The position numbers were made by a program, and so were the translations under genes. A stretch of 64,000 nt of DNA from Alphaproteobacteria bacterium UBA830 (GTDB lineage: Bacteria; Pseudomonadota; Alphaproteobacteria; MPNO01; UBA830). Shown here in pieces: positions 50,406-61,016 of the stretch (within the stretch, counting starts at the first letter, position 1; each line of letters begins with the position of its first letter). The stretch lies in assembly GCA_905181725.1 (NCBI GenBank), contig CAJIYX010000059.1:11184-75183 (forward strand), in the 5' to 3' direction. The notes below the pieces were generated by a model, which saw only the letters and a program-made list of their open reading frames with translations, made no database searches and was not told the DNA's origin.

Positions 50406-50784
50406 CGCGTCAGGCGGTCCGTTGGACGGGAAGGGGCTGCTGAGGAACAGGGTGCATGAGAGCCGGTGGGTTCGGGGCGGTGTTGGACGATCCGACGACG
50501 GGCGGATGACATTCTGAACCGGGAGTCTATGGGCCGGTCGGGGGTAAGTCCATTGCGTGTAGCCGGGCGTGCGCCAGACGGGGAGCAGGTCGAGCGCCAG
50601 CCCGATCACCGAATGCCGGCAGCTCCGGATGTCGCGCTTATAGGCGTAATGACTGCATGTCGCGCCGTGGCTATGGCTAAAAGTCGCCGTGGGGCCGGCT
50701 GAAAGACCATAATTGCCCGCTGGTGGCGGTTCATCGTCGATTTCCAGTCTTTACCCTGCAATATAAACCGTGTAAAGCGCGGCT

Positions 50785-51669
50785 ATGGCTGATTTAACTC
50801 CTGAAACCGCTGCAATCCCGCATTTTGACGGGATGGCGGCGATCGCCGAACGCTACGATGCGTTCATTCTCGATGTCTGGGGCGTCCTGCATGACGGGGT
50901 GACGCTGTATCCTGGCGCGGTCGATACGCTGGAACAGCTGACGGCGGCGGAAAAACCCTTCGTGATGCTGACCAATGCGCCCCGGCGCAGCGCGGCCGTC
51001 GCGGAATCGATGATCGCGATGGGCATGCCCGCCGCATTCTGCCGGCACATCCTGTCATCGGGCGAAGCGACGTTTCTCGATCTCAAGGAACGATCGGACC
51101 CGTTTTACGCGCGTGTCGGTAATCGCTGCATTCATATCGGCCCCGCCCGCGACCGTAATCTGTTCGATGGCCTCGACTGGGATCAGACCGACCGCCTCGA
51201 AGATGCCGATCTGATCGTCAATACCGGCCCCTGGGAAGACGGCGAGACCGTTGCTGACTATGAGGGCAAGCTGGCGCTGGGCGTGCAGATGGGCCTGCCC
51301 ATGATCTGCGCCAACCCGGATCTCGAAGTTGTGCGCGATGGCCGCAAGCTTGTCTGCGCCGGCGCGCTGGCGCTGCGATATGAAGCGCTTGGCGGCACGG
51401 TGCGCTGGTTCGGCAAGCCAAAGGCGGAAATCTATGAATACTGTTTCCGGGTGCTGTCGGGGTTCGACAGGACCCGGATCGCCGCGGTCGGCGATTCATT
51501 TCGCACCGATCTTGCCGGGGCGCAGAATGCAGGTGTCGACCCGATCCTGGTTGCCGGTGGCATTCATGGCGATGCGTTGGGCAACCCGCCGGAGGCTGAT
51601 GTTGTAGCATCGCTGGTAGCACAGTGGAAAGCCCTGCCGGCGGCATCGATACCGTCCTTTGGCTGGTGA
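50785..51669 (+). CDS. HAD-IIA hydrolase (TIGR01459 type)
   Basis: DVWGVLHDG, TNAPR, CANPD, GKP and GDSFRTD motifs. Confidence 0.92.
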   Translation: MADLTPETAAIPHFDGMAAIAERYDAFILDVWGVLHDGVTLYPGAVDTLEQLTAAEKPFVMLTNAPRRSAAVAESMIAMGMPAAFCRHILSSGEATFLDLKERSDPFYARVGNRCIHIGPARDRNLFDGLDWDQTDRLEDADLIVNTGPWEDGETVADYEGKLALGVQMGLPMICANPDLEVVRDGRKLVCAGALALRYEALGGTVRWFGKPKAEIYEYCFRVLSGFDRTRIAAVGDSFRTDLAGAQNAGVDPILVAGGIHGDALGNPPEADVVASLVAQWKALPAASIPSFGW

Positions 51670-51834
51670 GCCGGCTGTCCTGAGTCCCCGCCCGAATCCT
51701 CGCCCGAATCCCTGGCTGAATCAGGTCCAATCGGGCGGCTTCGCGGTGCGGCTATATTTAGCGCGGGAAATGTTGTCGCGAATCAAGGCGATCTAGTATC
51801 TTCCTTGGACGAATTTGACCGGAAAAGCAGCGCT

Positions 51835-52236
51835 ATGACATATCTTTTCCGGTGTATATTTACGTCGTTATTGCGCCGGCCCGCCGGTGCCGCTCTCGCC
51901 ATTACGATTCTGTGGCTGATCGGGTGCGCCTGGTATATCTCGGCGAATATCGGCTGGGCATCGTTCGGTGCATTCCTACCGCATGAAATAGGCGCGTTTT
52001 GCGCCGGCGTTTTGCCCCCCCGGCCTTATGCCGGGATCCAGCCTTCCCGTCGTGTCAACTGGGTCCCGGCAGAGGGCCGGGGCGACACCGGAGGATGGGG
52101 AGAGAGTCGAGGCAGGATCCTCCCGGACCGTCAGCCCGGCGCGATCGAACGCACCTGCAAAACATCCGACGCACGCCAAACTCCGCTGGACAGCCGGGCC
52201 CCTGACATGGCAAAGCCTCGCCCGTGTACGCTCTGA
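51835..52236 (+). pseudogene. Possible N-terminal remnant of a membrane protein
   Basis: TM segment plus LPHEIGAFCAGV, then low-complexity sequence that does not look coding. Confidence 0.4.
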
Positions 52237-53429
52237 TATTTACAGTTTTCGTCGACATGGTCGGGTTCGGCATTGTGCTGCCGATGCTGCCGCTCTATGC
52301 GCAGAAATTCGGTGCCTCGCCCGAGATCGTCACGCTCGTCGCCGTCAGCTATACGCTCGCGCAGTCTATCTTCGGGCCTTTCTGGGGCTGGCTGAGCGAT
52401 CGGATCGGGCGAAAGCCGGTCCTGCTGTTCACCATTGGCGGCACGTTCTGCGCCTATTTCCTGCTCGCCTTCAGCTCGACACTCTGGATGCTGTTCATTG
52501 CCCGCTTCTTCGGCGGTGCGATGGCCGCAAATATGAGTGTCACCCAGGCGCTGATTGCCGATGTTACGACGCCGGAGGAGCGCACGCGTGCCATCGCCCG
52601 GTTGTCGGGTGCCGCCGGGCTCGGCTTTGTTGCCGGCCCCGCGATTGGTGGGTTGCTGGGCGGCAGCGATCCGGCGAACCCGGACTTTCTGTCGCCTTAT
52701 CTGGCCGCAGCCGCGTTTTCGATCACCGCCTTTGTGCTCGCGGTCATTCTGATCCGGGAGACCGTCTCGGCGGAACAGAAAATCCGTGCCCGTACGATGC
52801 CGGGGCTTTCAAGCTGGGTTGCGGTGTTTTCCAACCGCCAGACCCGTCTTGTGCTGTGCCTGATGTTCTGCACGCCGTTCGTGTTCGCCGGGGTCGAGGT
52901 CATCATCGTGCTGTGGTCGGAGCGCGTGTGGGGCTGGGGCCCGCACCAGAATGGGCTGTTCTATGCCTGGATGGGGCTGTGTCACATGGTGTTGCAGTGG
53001 TTTGTGGTGGGCAGGCTGGCGGTGCGGTTCGGCGAGCGCAACCTGATCACGGCGGGTGCCATCGCGCTCGGCCTCGGGGTTCTGTGGCTGCCCCTCGCCA
53101 CGTTTGAGGTGGAACTTTATCTTGGCGCGTTGCTGATGATCTTCGGCACGTCCACGAGCGCGTCATCCCTGAGCAGCCTGTTGTCGCAATATGCCGATGC
53201 GGATAGCCGCGGGCGGGTCCTTGGCGTCGGCCAGGCATTCGGCGGATTCGGCCGGATCGGCGGTCCGGCGCTGGCCGGTGTGGCTTTTGCCGCGCTTGGT
53301 GTTCACTGGCCGTTTTATGTCGGCGCGATGGTGATGGTTGGAATGGCTGTTTTCAGCCGTTTTATCGCCGTCCGGCGGGCGGCGGATATTTCGGTGGGTC
53401 GTGGCCCCAAAACGGGCCAAAAACCTTGA
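52224..53429 (+). CDS. MFS transporter (TetA/DHA1-like)
   Basis: DMVGFGIVLP, GWLSDRIGRKP (motif A) and GFVAGPAIGG motifs. Confidence 0.92.
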   Translation: MYALIFTVFVDMVGFGIVLPMLPLYAQKFGASPEIVTLVAVSYTLAQSIFGPFWGWLSDRIGRKPVLLFTIGGTFCAYFLLAFSSTLWMLFIARFFGGAMAANMSVTQALIADVTTPEERTRAIARLSGAAGLGFVAGPAIGGLLGGSDPANPDFLSPYLAAAAFSITAFVLAVILIRETVSAEQKIRARTMPGLSSWVAVFSNRQTRLVLCLMFCTPFVFAGVEVIIVLWSERVWGWGPHQNGLFYAWMGLCHMVLQWFVVGRLAVRFGERNLITAGAIALGLGVLWLPLATFEVELYLGALLMIFGTSTSASSLSSLLSQYADADSRGRVLGVGQAFGGFGRIGGPALAGVAFAALGVHWPFYVGAMVMVGMAVFSRFIAVRRAADISVGRGPKTGQKP

Positions 53430-53521
53430 CGTGAAGGCCTCCGGCGATTAAAGCTTCGCGCTTTCCGGGCCCAATAAGGTCCTTTTGACGTGTTTAAACA
53501 AGATTTTTCGGGAACGAGACC

Positions 53522-53809
53522 ATGTCCAGAAGATGCTCCATGACGGGTAAAGGCGTAATGGCCGGCAACAATGTCAGCCATGCCCACAATAAGACCCGCC
53601 GCCGCTTCCTGCCCAACCTGCAGGTTACATCGCTGTTGTCGGATGCCTTGGGCCAGGTTGTTCGCCTGCGTCTGTCGGCCCGTGCTATCCGCACGATTGA
53701 GCATAAGGGCGGACTGGATGCCTATCTGCTGGGCACCAGCGATACCAAGCTTCCCGAAGACGCGCTGTCGCTGAAGCGCAAGGTTAAGAAAGCAATGGTC
53801 GCTGCCTGA
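53522..53809 (+). CDS. rpmB: 50S ribosomal protein L28
   Basis: [19 protein letters not shown]. Confidence 0.98.
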   Translation: MSRRCSMTGKGVMAGNNVSHAHNKTRRRFLPNLQVTSLLSDALGQVVRLRLSARAIRTIEHKGGLDAYLLGTSDTKLPEDALSLKRKVKKAMVAA

Positions 53810-53837
53810 TTGCGCGCCGCAGACTTAAACCGGAATT

Positions 53838-53869
53838 AAAAAAGGCCCGCTTTTCAGCGGGCCTTTTTT
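53838..53869. terminator. Bidirectional intrinsic terminator
   Basis: AAAAAAGGCCCGCT-tttc-AGCGGGCCTTTTTT. Confidence 0.92.
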
Positions 53870-53891
53870 GTGTCCTGCCAAAAGCGGGCGG

Positions 53892-54545
53892 TCAGATGAT
53901 GTCGCAGACCTCGTCGAAACCGTAACGGTAGAGCCGCGGCCCCTTGATTCCTTCGAGATCGCCATAGCCGATATTGCAAAGGAAGTTGGACTTCCAGTTC
54001 TTGCCGCCGAGGAATTCGGCATCGGCCGCGTCTGTGTTGAAGCCGCCCATCGCACCGGCGTCGAGACCGACGGCACGGATCGCCATGATCAGATAGGCGC
54101 CCTGCAGCGAGCTCTGCTGGAACGCGAATTTCTCCGCGCGGGCCGGGTCGGAGCTGTACATGTCGGCCATTTCAGGGCGGATTGGATACAGCTTGGCGAA
54201 ATCGGTAAAGAATTCCAGGTCATAGGCGAGCAAAGCGGTAACCGGGGCGGCCATGGTTTTATCCGCATTGGCCGGCATCAGGCAGGGTTTGAGCCGTTCT
54301 TTCGCTTCCGCCGAGCGGATGAATATCAGCCGCGCCGGCAAGGTGTTGGCACTGGTCGAGCCGTATTTCATCAGATCCCAGATTTCACGCAGCTTGTCGT
54401 CGGACACTTCCTTGTCCTGCCAGGCGTTGTGATTGCGCGCCTCGCGGAACATCAGGTCCGCCGCGTTTCCATCGAGGGTCTGGATTCTGCTGCGGTAGTC
54501 GGTGATACGCGCATGCGCGTCGGCAAGGGCCTGTTCTTCAGACAT
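53892..54545 (-). CDS. rutE: Malonic semialdehyde reductase (RutE/YcdI nitroreductase family)
   Basis: FREARNHNAW, STSAN, SSLQGAYLI and SNFLCNIGYGD motifs. Confidence 0.8.
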   Translation of the reverse strand: MSEEQALADAHARITDYRSRIQTLDGNAADLMFREARNHNAWQDKEVSDDKLREIWDLMKYGSTSANTLPARLIFIRSAEAKERLKPCLMPANADKTMAAPVTALLAYDLEFFTDFAKLYPIRPEMADMYSSDPARAEKFAFQQSSLQGAYLIMAIRAVGLDAGAMGGFNTDAADAEFLGGKNWKSNFLCNIGYGDLEGIKGPRLYRYGFDEVCDII

Positions 54546-54682
54546 TTTTTCTCCGTTATCGATCAAATTCATAATGGGCTATAGCCGCACCATACCCCCC
54601 CGAATTGGGAATTGCACATTGACCACAACTTGTGAGAAACTCTGTGTAATTAGACATCTGACGATCCACAGGGAGAATAATA

Positions 54683-55738
54683 ATGAACAGAACGACAAGA
54701 ATGCTCGTCACCGGTCTTGCGGCCGGACTGGCGATGGCTGCCGCGACGACGACAGCGTCGGCTGAAGCAATGAACTTCGAAGGCAAGACGATCAAGATCG
54801 TCATTCCGTACGGCCCCGGCGGTACGTATGACAAGTATGGCGTCGCGTTTTCCAATTATCTTGGGCAGAACATTCCCGGAAAACCGAACGTCATCCTGCA
54901 GCATATGCCGGGCGCGGGCGGTGCAAAGGCCATGAACTGGGCCTATAATGTCGCGCCCAAGAACGGTCTGACCCTGATCGTGCCGCTCGACAACACGGTG
55001 ACGAACCAGCTGATGCGCCCCGCAAAAATGCGTTATGACGCGCGGGACTTTACCTGGCTCGGATCGAGCAATCAGACAAACGTGGTGATGGTCGTCCGCA
55101 CCAATTCCGGCGTTACCAAGCTTTCCGATATGAAGACCAAGCAGATTATCGGCAGCACCAGCGGTAAGAATTCATCCGGTTATATCAACCCAATGCTGAT
55201 CCGGGGCCTGTTCGGCTACAAGATCAAGATGGTGACGGGCTACAAGGGATCGTCAAAATCGATCTTTGCGATGGAACAGGGCGAATCACAGATGGCTGCC
55301 TTCAATTGGCTGGCCTGGGCATCCAAGGTCCCGCATTGGTTCAAGGCCGACAAAGACGGCAAGGTGTTTGCCCGCCCGATTGCACAGATCGGCATCTTCC
55401 GTGATCCCGACCTGCCGAAATCGGTACCGATGGTCAGCGAGCTGGTCACGGACGAGATGGACAAGAAAGCCGTTGGCTTCCTGAGCGTTGCCGGTCTTCT
55501 GGGCCGAGGTCTCGCCCTGCCGCCGGGTGTCGACAAGGAAACCGTCGCGATCCTGCGCGCCGCATATGACAAGATGAATGCGGATCCGAAATTCGCTGCG
55601 GATCTAAAGAAGCGCAGGCTTCGCTTGATCCCGTCGACTGGCGCCAAGATTCAGGGCGTTGTCAAAGTGGCGGTCGAAAATGCATCTCCCGAGGTGGTGA
55701 AGCATGCCCGCAAGCTAATCTTCGGCGACGAAAGCTAG
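54683..55738 (+). CDS. Bug/TctC tripartite tricarboxylate transporter substrate-binding protein
   Basis: Signal peptide; PGGTYD, MPGAGG and VTGYKG motifs. Confidence 0.9.
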   Translation: MNRTTRMLVTGLAAGLAMAAATTTASAEAMNFEGKTIKIVIPYGPGGTYDKYGVAFSNYLGQNIPGKPNVILQHMPGAGGAKAMNWAYNVAPKNGLTLIVPLDNTVTNQLMRPAKMRYDARDFTWLGSSNQTNVVMVVRTNSGVTKLSDMKTKQIIGSTSGKNSSGYINPMLIRGLFGYKIKMVTGYKGSSKSIFAMEQGESQMAAFNWLAWASKVPHWFKADKDGKVFARPIAQIGIFRDPDLPKSVPMVSELVTDEMDKKAVGFLSVAGLLGRGLALPPGVDKETVAILRAAYDKMNADPKFAADLKKRRLRLIPSTGAKIQGVVKVAVENASPEVVKHARKLIFGDES

Positions 55739-55776
55739 ACTATATATCTCCGACGGTTTACCCCGCCGTAAACGTG

Positions 55777-55808
55777 AAACCGGCCAGGAAATTCCTGGCC
55801 GGTTTTTT
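55777..55808 (+). terminator. Intrinsic terminator
   Basis: AAACCGGCCAGGAA-A-TTCCTGGCCGGTTTTTT. Confidence 0.88.
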
Positions 55809-55870
55809 ATTCTCTATCTGTGAACGTGGGTCCGCCGCCGGTCTGGTCGCTGCCGGTTATTAGTTGCCCG

Positions 55871-57745
55871 TCAGGCGGCGCGTTTCTTGCGGCGTGCCCT
55901 TGCGCCGCCGGGCTTCATGTCGTCATCGAACAGTTCGGCGAGACGGTCCATCATGGTGCCGCCAAGCTGTTCTGCATCCATGATCGTCACCGCGCGGTCG
56001 TAATAACGCGTCACGTCATGGCCGATGCCGATCGCAGTCAGCTGCACGTCGGGATAGGATTCGAGCGTCTTGATGACTTCACGCAGGTGCCGTTCGAGAT
56101 AATTGCCCGGATTGACCGACAGCGTGGAATCGTCGACCGGCGCGCCATCCGAAATCACCATCAGGATCTTGCGCTGTTCCGGCCGGTTGACCATCCGGCT
56201 GTGGGCCCAGAGCAGGGCCTCGCCGTCGATGTTTTCCTTGAGCAGGCCTTCGCGCAGCATCAGGCCGAGCGATTTGCGCGAGCGCCGCCACGGGGCGTCC
56301 GCCGATTTGTAAACAATGTGTCGCAGGTCGTTCAGGCGGCCGGGGTTGGTCGGTTTGCCATCGGCAAGCCAGCGTTCGCGTGCTTGGCCGCCTTTCCACG
56401 CCCGTGTCGTGAAGCCGAGAATTTCGACCTTCACGCCGCAGCGTTCAAGCGTCCGTGCCAGGATATCGGCGCTCATCGCCGCCACCGTGATCGGCCGCCC
56501 GCGCATCGAGCCTGAATTATCAATCAGCAATGTGACAACGGTATCGCGGAACTCGGTTTCTTTTTCGACTTTGTAGGACAACGCGTGCGTCGGGTTGGTC
56601 ACCACGCGCGCCAGACGGCCGGCATCCAGAATGCCTTCTTCCAGATCGAATTCCCACGACCGCGATTGCTGTGCGAGAAGGCGGCGCTGCAGCCGGTTGG
56701 CCAGGCGCCCGATAATGCCCTGAAGATTGGCAAGCTGCTGGTCGAGATGATGACGCAGTCTGGCCAGTTCATCCGCGTCGCAGAGATCTTCGGCTTCGAC
56801 GACTTCGTCGAATTCGACTGAATACGGCCTGTACATCGGCTCGCGCGCGCCACCCGGCCCGCTGCCATCGGGGCGCCGCTGGTGATCGGACTGCTCGCCA
56901 TCCTCGTCGCCAGTGCCGGGCATCATTTCTTCCTGGCCCTGCTCCGACATCGATTCGTCGCCGTCCTCGACATCCATTTCGTCCATCTCGGAGGATTCGG
57001 AGCCGCTCATCTCGGCGGATACGCCTTCCATGTCGGCGTCTTCGGAATCGGCGTCCTCGGCGTCCTGCTCTTCGGCGTCGTCGCCCTGTTCGCCTTCCTG
57101 CTGTTCGGTCGCTTCGGACTGCTCATCGATCAGTTCAAGGTCAACCAGTAGATCGGTCAGGGCCGCCGCATAGGCTTCCTGGTCGTCGATGTTGTCTGCC
57201 AGCTTGTCGAAATCGGTATCGACCTTGTCATTGACCCAGTCGCGCCACAGGCTGACCAGCTGTTCGCCGCCTTCGGGGAGTTTTTCGCCGGTGAGTTTTT
57301 CGCGCACCATCAGCCCGATCGCTTCGGAGAGCGGCGCATCGTCGCGTACGTTCACCCGGGTATATCCGAAGGCGTCGCATTTCTCTTCGAGTGCTGCCCG
57401 CAGGTTGTTTGCGACACCCGCCATCATCCGCGATCCAAGCGCTTCGCAGCGGACGCGTTCGAGAGATTCGAACACCGCGCGGGCATTCTCGCCCTGCGGT
57501 GCCCGCGTCGAATGGACATCTTCGTCATGGAACCGCAGGCGCAAAGCCATGGCATCGGCCTCGCCGCGTAGCGCCGCGACCTCCGCCTCTGTGAAGTCGC
57601 GCGACGGGACCGGGAGCCGCGCCTGGTTATCGACCAGCCGGGCTTCCGAGCCGTACACAAGCGTGATGTCGTCACGCTCGGCGATGGCGCGCATGGCGGC
57701 CGCTGTTACGCGACGAAACTCTTCTGCCGGCTGGTCGTCACTCAT
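55871..57745 (-). CDS. cobT: Cobaltochelatase subunit CobT
   Basis: [10 protein letters not shown], acidic linker, vWA motif [16 protein letters not shown]. Confidence 0.95.
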   Translation of the reverse strand: MSDDQPAEEFRRVTAAAMRAIAERDDITLVYGSEARLVDNQARLPVPSRDFTEAEVAALRGEADAMALRLRFHDEDVHSTRAPQGENARAVFESLERVRCEALGSRMMAGVANNLRAALEEKCDAFGYTRVNVRDDAPLSEAIGLMVREKLTGEKLPEGGEQLVSLWRDWVNDKVDTDFDKLADNIDDQEAYAAALTDLLVDLELIDEQSEATEQQEGEQGDDAEEQDAEDADSEDADMEGVSAEMSGSESSEMDEMDVEDGDESMSEQGQEEMMPGTGDEDGEQSDHQRRPDGSGPGGAREPMYRPYSVEFDEVVEAEDLCDADELARLRHHLDQQLANLQGIIGRLANRLQRRLLAQQSRSWEFDLEEGILDAGRLARVVTNPTHALSYKVEKETEFRDTVVTLLIDNSGSMRGRPITVAAMSADILARTLERCGVKVEILGFTTRAWKGGQARERWLADGKPTNPGRLNDLRHIVYKSADAPWRRSRKSLGLMLREGLLKENIDGEALLWAHSRMVNRPEQRKILMVISDGAPVDDSTLSVNPGNYLERHLREVIKTLESYPDVQLTAIGIGHDVTRYYDRAVTIMDAEQLGGTMMDRLAELFDDDMKPGGARARRKKRAA

Positions 57746-57752
57746 CTGCGTC

Positions 57753-58760
57753 TTAAGCCGCCGTCTGCGTAGCTTTCAGCTCCGGCAATTCGTCGCCGAA
57801 GCAGCGCTGATAGTATTCCGCAACCGTCGTCCGTTCGAGCTCGTCGCACTTGTTGAGGAAAGTCATCCGGAACGCCGTGGCGCGGTCGTTGAACAATTCT
57901 GTGTTCTCGGCCCAGGTGATCACGGTACGCGGCGACATAACAGTCGAAATATCGCCCGCCATAAAGCCGGCGCGGGACAGATCGGCAACGCGTACCATGG
58001 ATGCGATTTCCTGGCGTCCGGCGTCGTCCTTGTTAAAGGACGGGCTTTTCGCCAGCACGATCGCCGTTTCCTGTTCATGCGGCAGATAGTTCAGTGTGGT
58101 CACAAGGTTCCAGCGGTCGAGCTGGCCCTGGTTGATTTGCTGGGTGCCGTGATACAGCCCGGTCGTGTCGCCAAGGCCGACGGTGTTCGCGGTCGCCATC
58201 AGCCGGAAGGCGGGGTGCGGGCTCAGAACGCGGTTCTGGTCAAGCAGCGTCATCTTGCCGTCGCGTTCGAGCACGCGCTGGATGACGAACATCACGTCGG
58301 GGCGGCCTGCGTCGTATTCGTCGAACACGAGCGCAATCGGGCTTTGCAGTGCCCAGGGCAGGATGCCATCACGGAATTCGGTGATCTGCATCCCGTCCTT
58401 GACGACGATCGCATCCTTACCGATCAAATCGATACGGCTGATATGGCTGTCGAGGTTGATGCGGATGCACGGCCAGTTCAGGCGCGCGGCGACCTGTTCG
58501 ATATGGGTCGATTTGCCTGTGCCATGGAATCCCTGGATCAACAGGCGGCGGTTATGGGCAAAGGCCACCAGGATCGCGAGCGTGGTGTCGTGATCGAAGC
58601 AATACGTGTCGTCGAAATCGGGCACGTGCTCGGTTTTCTTCGTGAAGGCCGGGACCTCCATGTCGATATCGAGATCGAACAACTCGCGTGCAGATGCCGT
58701 GGTATCCGGCAGATCGATTTCACTTAAATCGGCGACTATGTTTTCGGTCTTGGAAGCCAT
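57753..58760 (-). CDS. cobS: Cobaltochelatase subunit CobS (AAA+)
   Basis: [18 protein letters not shown] and MSPRTV motifs. Confidence 0.96.
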   Translation of the reverse strand: MASKTENIVADLSEIDLPDTTASARELFDLDIDMEVPAFTKKTEHVPDFDDTYCFDHDTTLAILVAFAHNRRLLIQGFHGTGKSTHIEQVAARLNWPCIRINLDSHISRIDLIGKDAIVVKDGMQITEFRDGILPWALQSPIALVFDEYDAGRPDVMFVIQRVLERDGKMTLLDQNRVLSPHPAFRLMATANTVGLGDTTGLYHGTQQINQGQLDRWNLVTTLNYLPHEQETAIVLAKSPSFNKDDAGRQEIASMVRVADLSRAGFMAGDISTVMSPRTVITWAENTELFNDRATAFRMTFLNKCDELERTTVAEYYQRCFGDELPELKATQTAA

Positions 58761-58804
58761 TCAACTCCGTTCCTTCAGCGTAAGCGTAAAAAATGCGAGC
58801 CGCG

Positions 58805-59470
58805 CTACGTCAGGCGCTCGCTGTCCTTAAGTGTCGTATAGGCTTGATTAACCGATTTTAGCCGGTCTTCGGCCCTCTTGTCGCCCCCGTTTGCATCCGG
58901 ATGCAACGTTTTCGCAAGCAATTTGTACCTGTGTTTTATATCGGCTTTTGTGATTGGTGCAACCAGTCCCAGAACGGAGAGCGCTTCGTGCTCTTCGCTG
59001 GTCAGGTTTTGCATCTGAACCTGGGCCTCGCGGTCGGCGCGGGGATCGGTCGCCCCTTCTCTCAAAAGGCTCAGCGGGTCGTGAAATGCCGCACTGCTGG
59101 CGCCGAGGCGTGTGCCCAGCGGCCAGGTAGGCCGTTGCCAGACGATATCTTTGCGGATTTCCGCCTCGACCGCGGCATCGTCCATATCAGCGTAATAGTT
59201 CCAGGCAGCGTTATATTCCCGCACGTGTTCGAGGCAAAACCAGTAAAAGCGGTGTAATTCCTGGCGTGATCGAGGCGCGCGGTATTGGCCCGTTTCCCGG
59301 CAGTCAGGATGATCACAGACGGCGATTTCCGCTTCCCCGCCGGGGCGATTATCCGGTCCGTTCCCCGGCCCAACACCAAATTCGCCCACGGAATCAGGCC
59401 TCCGGCCGTAACCGGACAGGCCGTCCAGTACGGTCCCGGATGCACCGGCTGTATCGTCCTGTTCTGACAT
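58805..59470 (-). CDS. DnaJ-domain protein (C-terminal J domain)
   Basis: CDHPDC, FCLEHVREYN, WQRPTW and HPDANGG motifs. Confidence 0.9.
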   Translation of the reverse strand: MSEQDDTAGASGTVLDGLSGYGRRPDSVGEFGVGPGNGPDNRPGGEAEIAVCDHPDCRETGQYRAPRSRQELHRFYWFCLEHVREYNAAWNYYADMDDAAVEAEIRKDIVWQRPTWPLGTRLGASSAAFHDPLSLLREGATDPRADREAQVQMQNLTSEEHEALSVLGLVAPITKADIKHRYKLLAKTLHPDANGGDKRAEDRLKSVNQAYTTLKDSERLT

Positions 59471-59574
59471 AGACTCAGTATGATCGCCCGAATTTGCCCA
59501 TGCAAGGACGTGCCTTTTGGTCCGGGACGGGTTATTTCCTGTCTTCATCGCCCTGTTCCGGAGGAAATACCTGT

Positions 59575-59835
59575 ATGTCCGTTGCGCAAAATATCGAACA
59601 CAAACTGACCGAGGCGTTCGCCCCGCTGTCCTTGAAGGTGATCGACGAATCCCATCTGCATGCGGGCCATGTCGGTGCGCGGCCCGAGGGTGAGACGCAT
59701 TTCCGGGTTGAACTGGTGTCGGCTGCTTTCGCCGATTGTAGCCGGGTCGACCGCCAGCGCATGGTTTACGATACGCTGAGCGACGAGCTGGCGGGACCGG
59801 TTCACGCGCTTTCGCTGCTTGTGTCTCCGCCGTGA
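59575..59835 (+). CDS. bolA: BolA family protein
   Basis: DESHLHAGH, GETHF and VHALS motifs. Confidence 0.93.
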   Translation: MSVAQNIEHKLTEAFAPLSLKVIDESHLHAGHVGARPEGETHFRVELVSAAFADCSRVDRQRMVYDTLSDELAGPVHALSLLVSPP

Positions 59836-59996
59836 GCCTGGGCCTGAAGACGGATGGCCAGGTTGGGGGCGGATTAAAAAATACACGACGTAACCGTCAC
59901 TTCTTGTGTTCCTGGACGCGCCGGGGTTGATCTAACCGCCGATCAAGTTCGATGATGTATTCAACTATCGATTGGTGGTGACGAGCGCTTGCCACG

Positions 59997-60317
59997 GTGT
60001 CTATACAAAGATTCGATGTAATAGTGGTTCCGACGTCCCCCCTTGTGACGCGCAACGTCAACGTCAACGTCAATGTCAGTGTCAGTGTCAGTGGCAGTGG
60101 CAGTGGCAGTGGCAGTGGCAGTGGCAGTGGCAGGCATAGCAGCGTTCGGCTTGAACCGGATCTTTGGGAAGCCTTACGCGATATTGCCGCGCGTGAAGAC
60201 AGATCGATGCACCAGGTCTGCTCCGATATCGACCGAACCTGCGGCGATGCCCGACTGACATCCGCGATGCGGATTTATATCGTCCATTATTTCAGGTCGG
60301 CTGCAAACCCGTCGTAA
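59997..60317 (+). CDS. Ribbon-helix-helix domain protein with repeat-expanded N-terminal strand
   Basis: RNV...GRHSSVRLEPDLWEALRDIA...LTSAMR; exact start uncertain. Confidence 0.85.
   Translation: MSIQRFDVIVVPTSPLVTRNVNVNVNVSVSVSGSGSGSGSGSGSGRHSSVRLEPDLWEALRDIAAREDRSMHQVCSDIDRTCGDARLTSAMRIYIVHYFRSAANPS
60053..60130 (+). repeat. Compound 6-bp microsatellite, 13 units
   Basis: (CAACGT)3 (CAATGT)1 (CAGTGT)2 (CAGTGG)7. Confidence 0.97.
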
Positions 60318-60382
60318 GGGAGAGCTGAAGCGTAACGGCGAACTGCAGCGCAGTTTTCACGTTCTCTCTCGCGCGATGCCCG

Positions 60383-60958
60383 TTATGCGCCGGTATAGAA
60401 ATCCGGGTGTTCGTCGCGGATCAGCTCGCCATCCGCTGCCCAGACATGGCAGGTATTCACCGGCGGGCGTCCTACTTTCTGAGGTTGCTGCTCATCCGCC
60501 GCATCATTCGGCCCGTCTTCGGGTGCAGAATCGGACCAGCGGACGGTGTGGAATGCAACTGTCGCAATCGGTTTCAACATATCGACCAGGTGCGCGCAGC
60601 CAAGCGCGCTGCCGAGATGTTCGCGCACCCTGCGGTTCCAGCCGGCCCCGATTTTCAGCCCCTTGAGTTTCTGAAAAGACGGCAGGATTGCCGGACAGAG
60701 CGCGTAAGGCCCCGCATCGGTCACGGCCTCGACGTTCTGCACGATGAAATCCCGGTCAACCGTCAGGCGTATCCACATGTCGTGCAGCGGCTCACCCGGC
60801 AGCACTTCGCCCCGAAAACTGTTCAGAAACGGATAGGCCTTGATGTCGGTCAGGTGTCCTTCGATATCCCACAGCCCGTCGGTGCGGCGATAGCTGCGGC
60901 ATTCGATGGCGCGGGTGTGGATCGGGTCCCGGTCGATTTTGACTTTGCTCAGCGGCAT
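60383..60958 (-). CDS. DUF2889 domain protein
   Basis: IHTRAI, DGLWDIEG, LHDM, GCAHL and NTCH motifs. Confidence 0.88.
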   Translation of the reverse strand: MPLSKVKIDRDPIHTRAIECRSYRRTDGLWDIEGHLTDIKAYPFLNSFRGEVLPGEPLHDMWIRLTVDRDFIVQNVEAVTDAGPYALCPAILPSFQKLKGLKIGAGWNRRVREHLGSALGCAHLVDMLKPIATVAFHTVRWSDSAPEDGPNDAADEQQPQKVGRPPVNTCHVWAADGELIRDEHPDFYTGA

Positions 60959-61016
60959 GTCCGTTCCTCTATGTGCATCCTGTTTCGGCTATTTGGCCGC
61001 CTGACTGGCCGCCTGA

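Noticed and set aside
51667-51834. Read-through fusion of the HAD hydrolase to the downstream in-frame ORF
   Set aside because: The linker is a low-complexity 12-bp repeat, the HAD C-terminus is complete, and short open frames are common at high GC.
55871-59835. cobS/cobT without an adjacent cobN as an unusual system
   Set aside because: bolA-DnaJ domain-cobS-cobT apart from cobN is standard alphaproteobacterial synteny.
59927-59946. TTGATC-N8-GATCAA as an FNR/FixK box
   Set aside because: Spacing is TTGAT-N10-ATCAA rather than N4. It could be another operator, but there is no further support.
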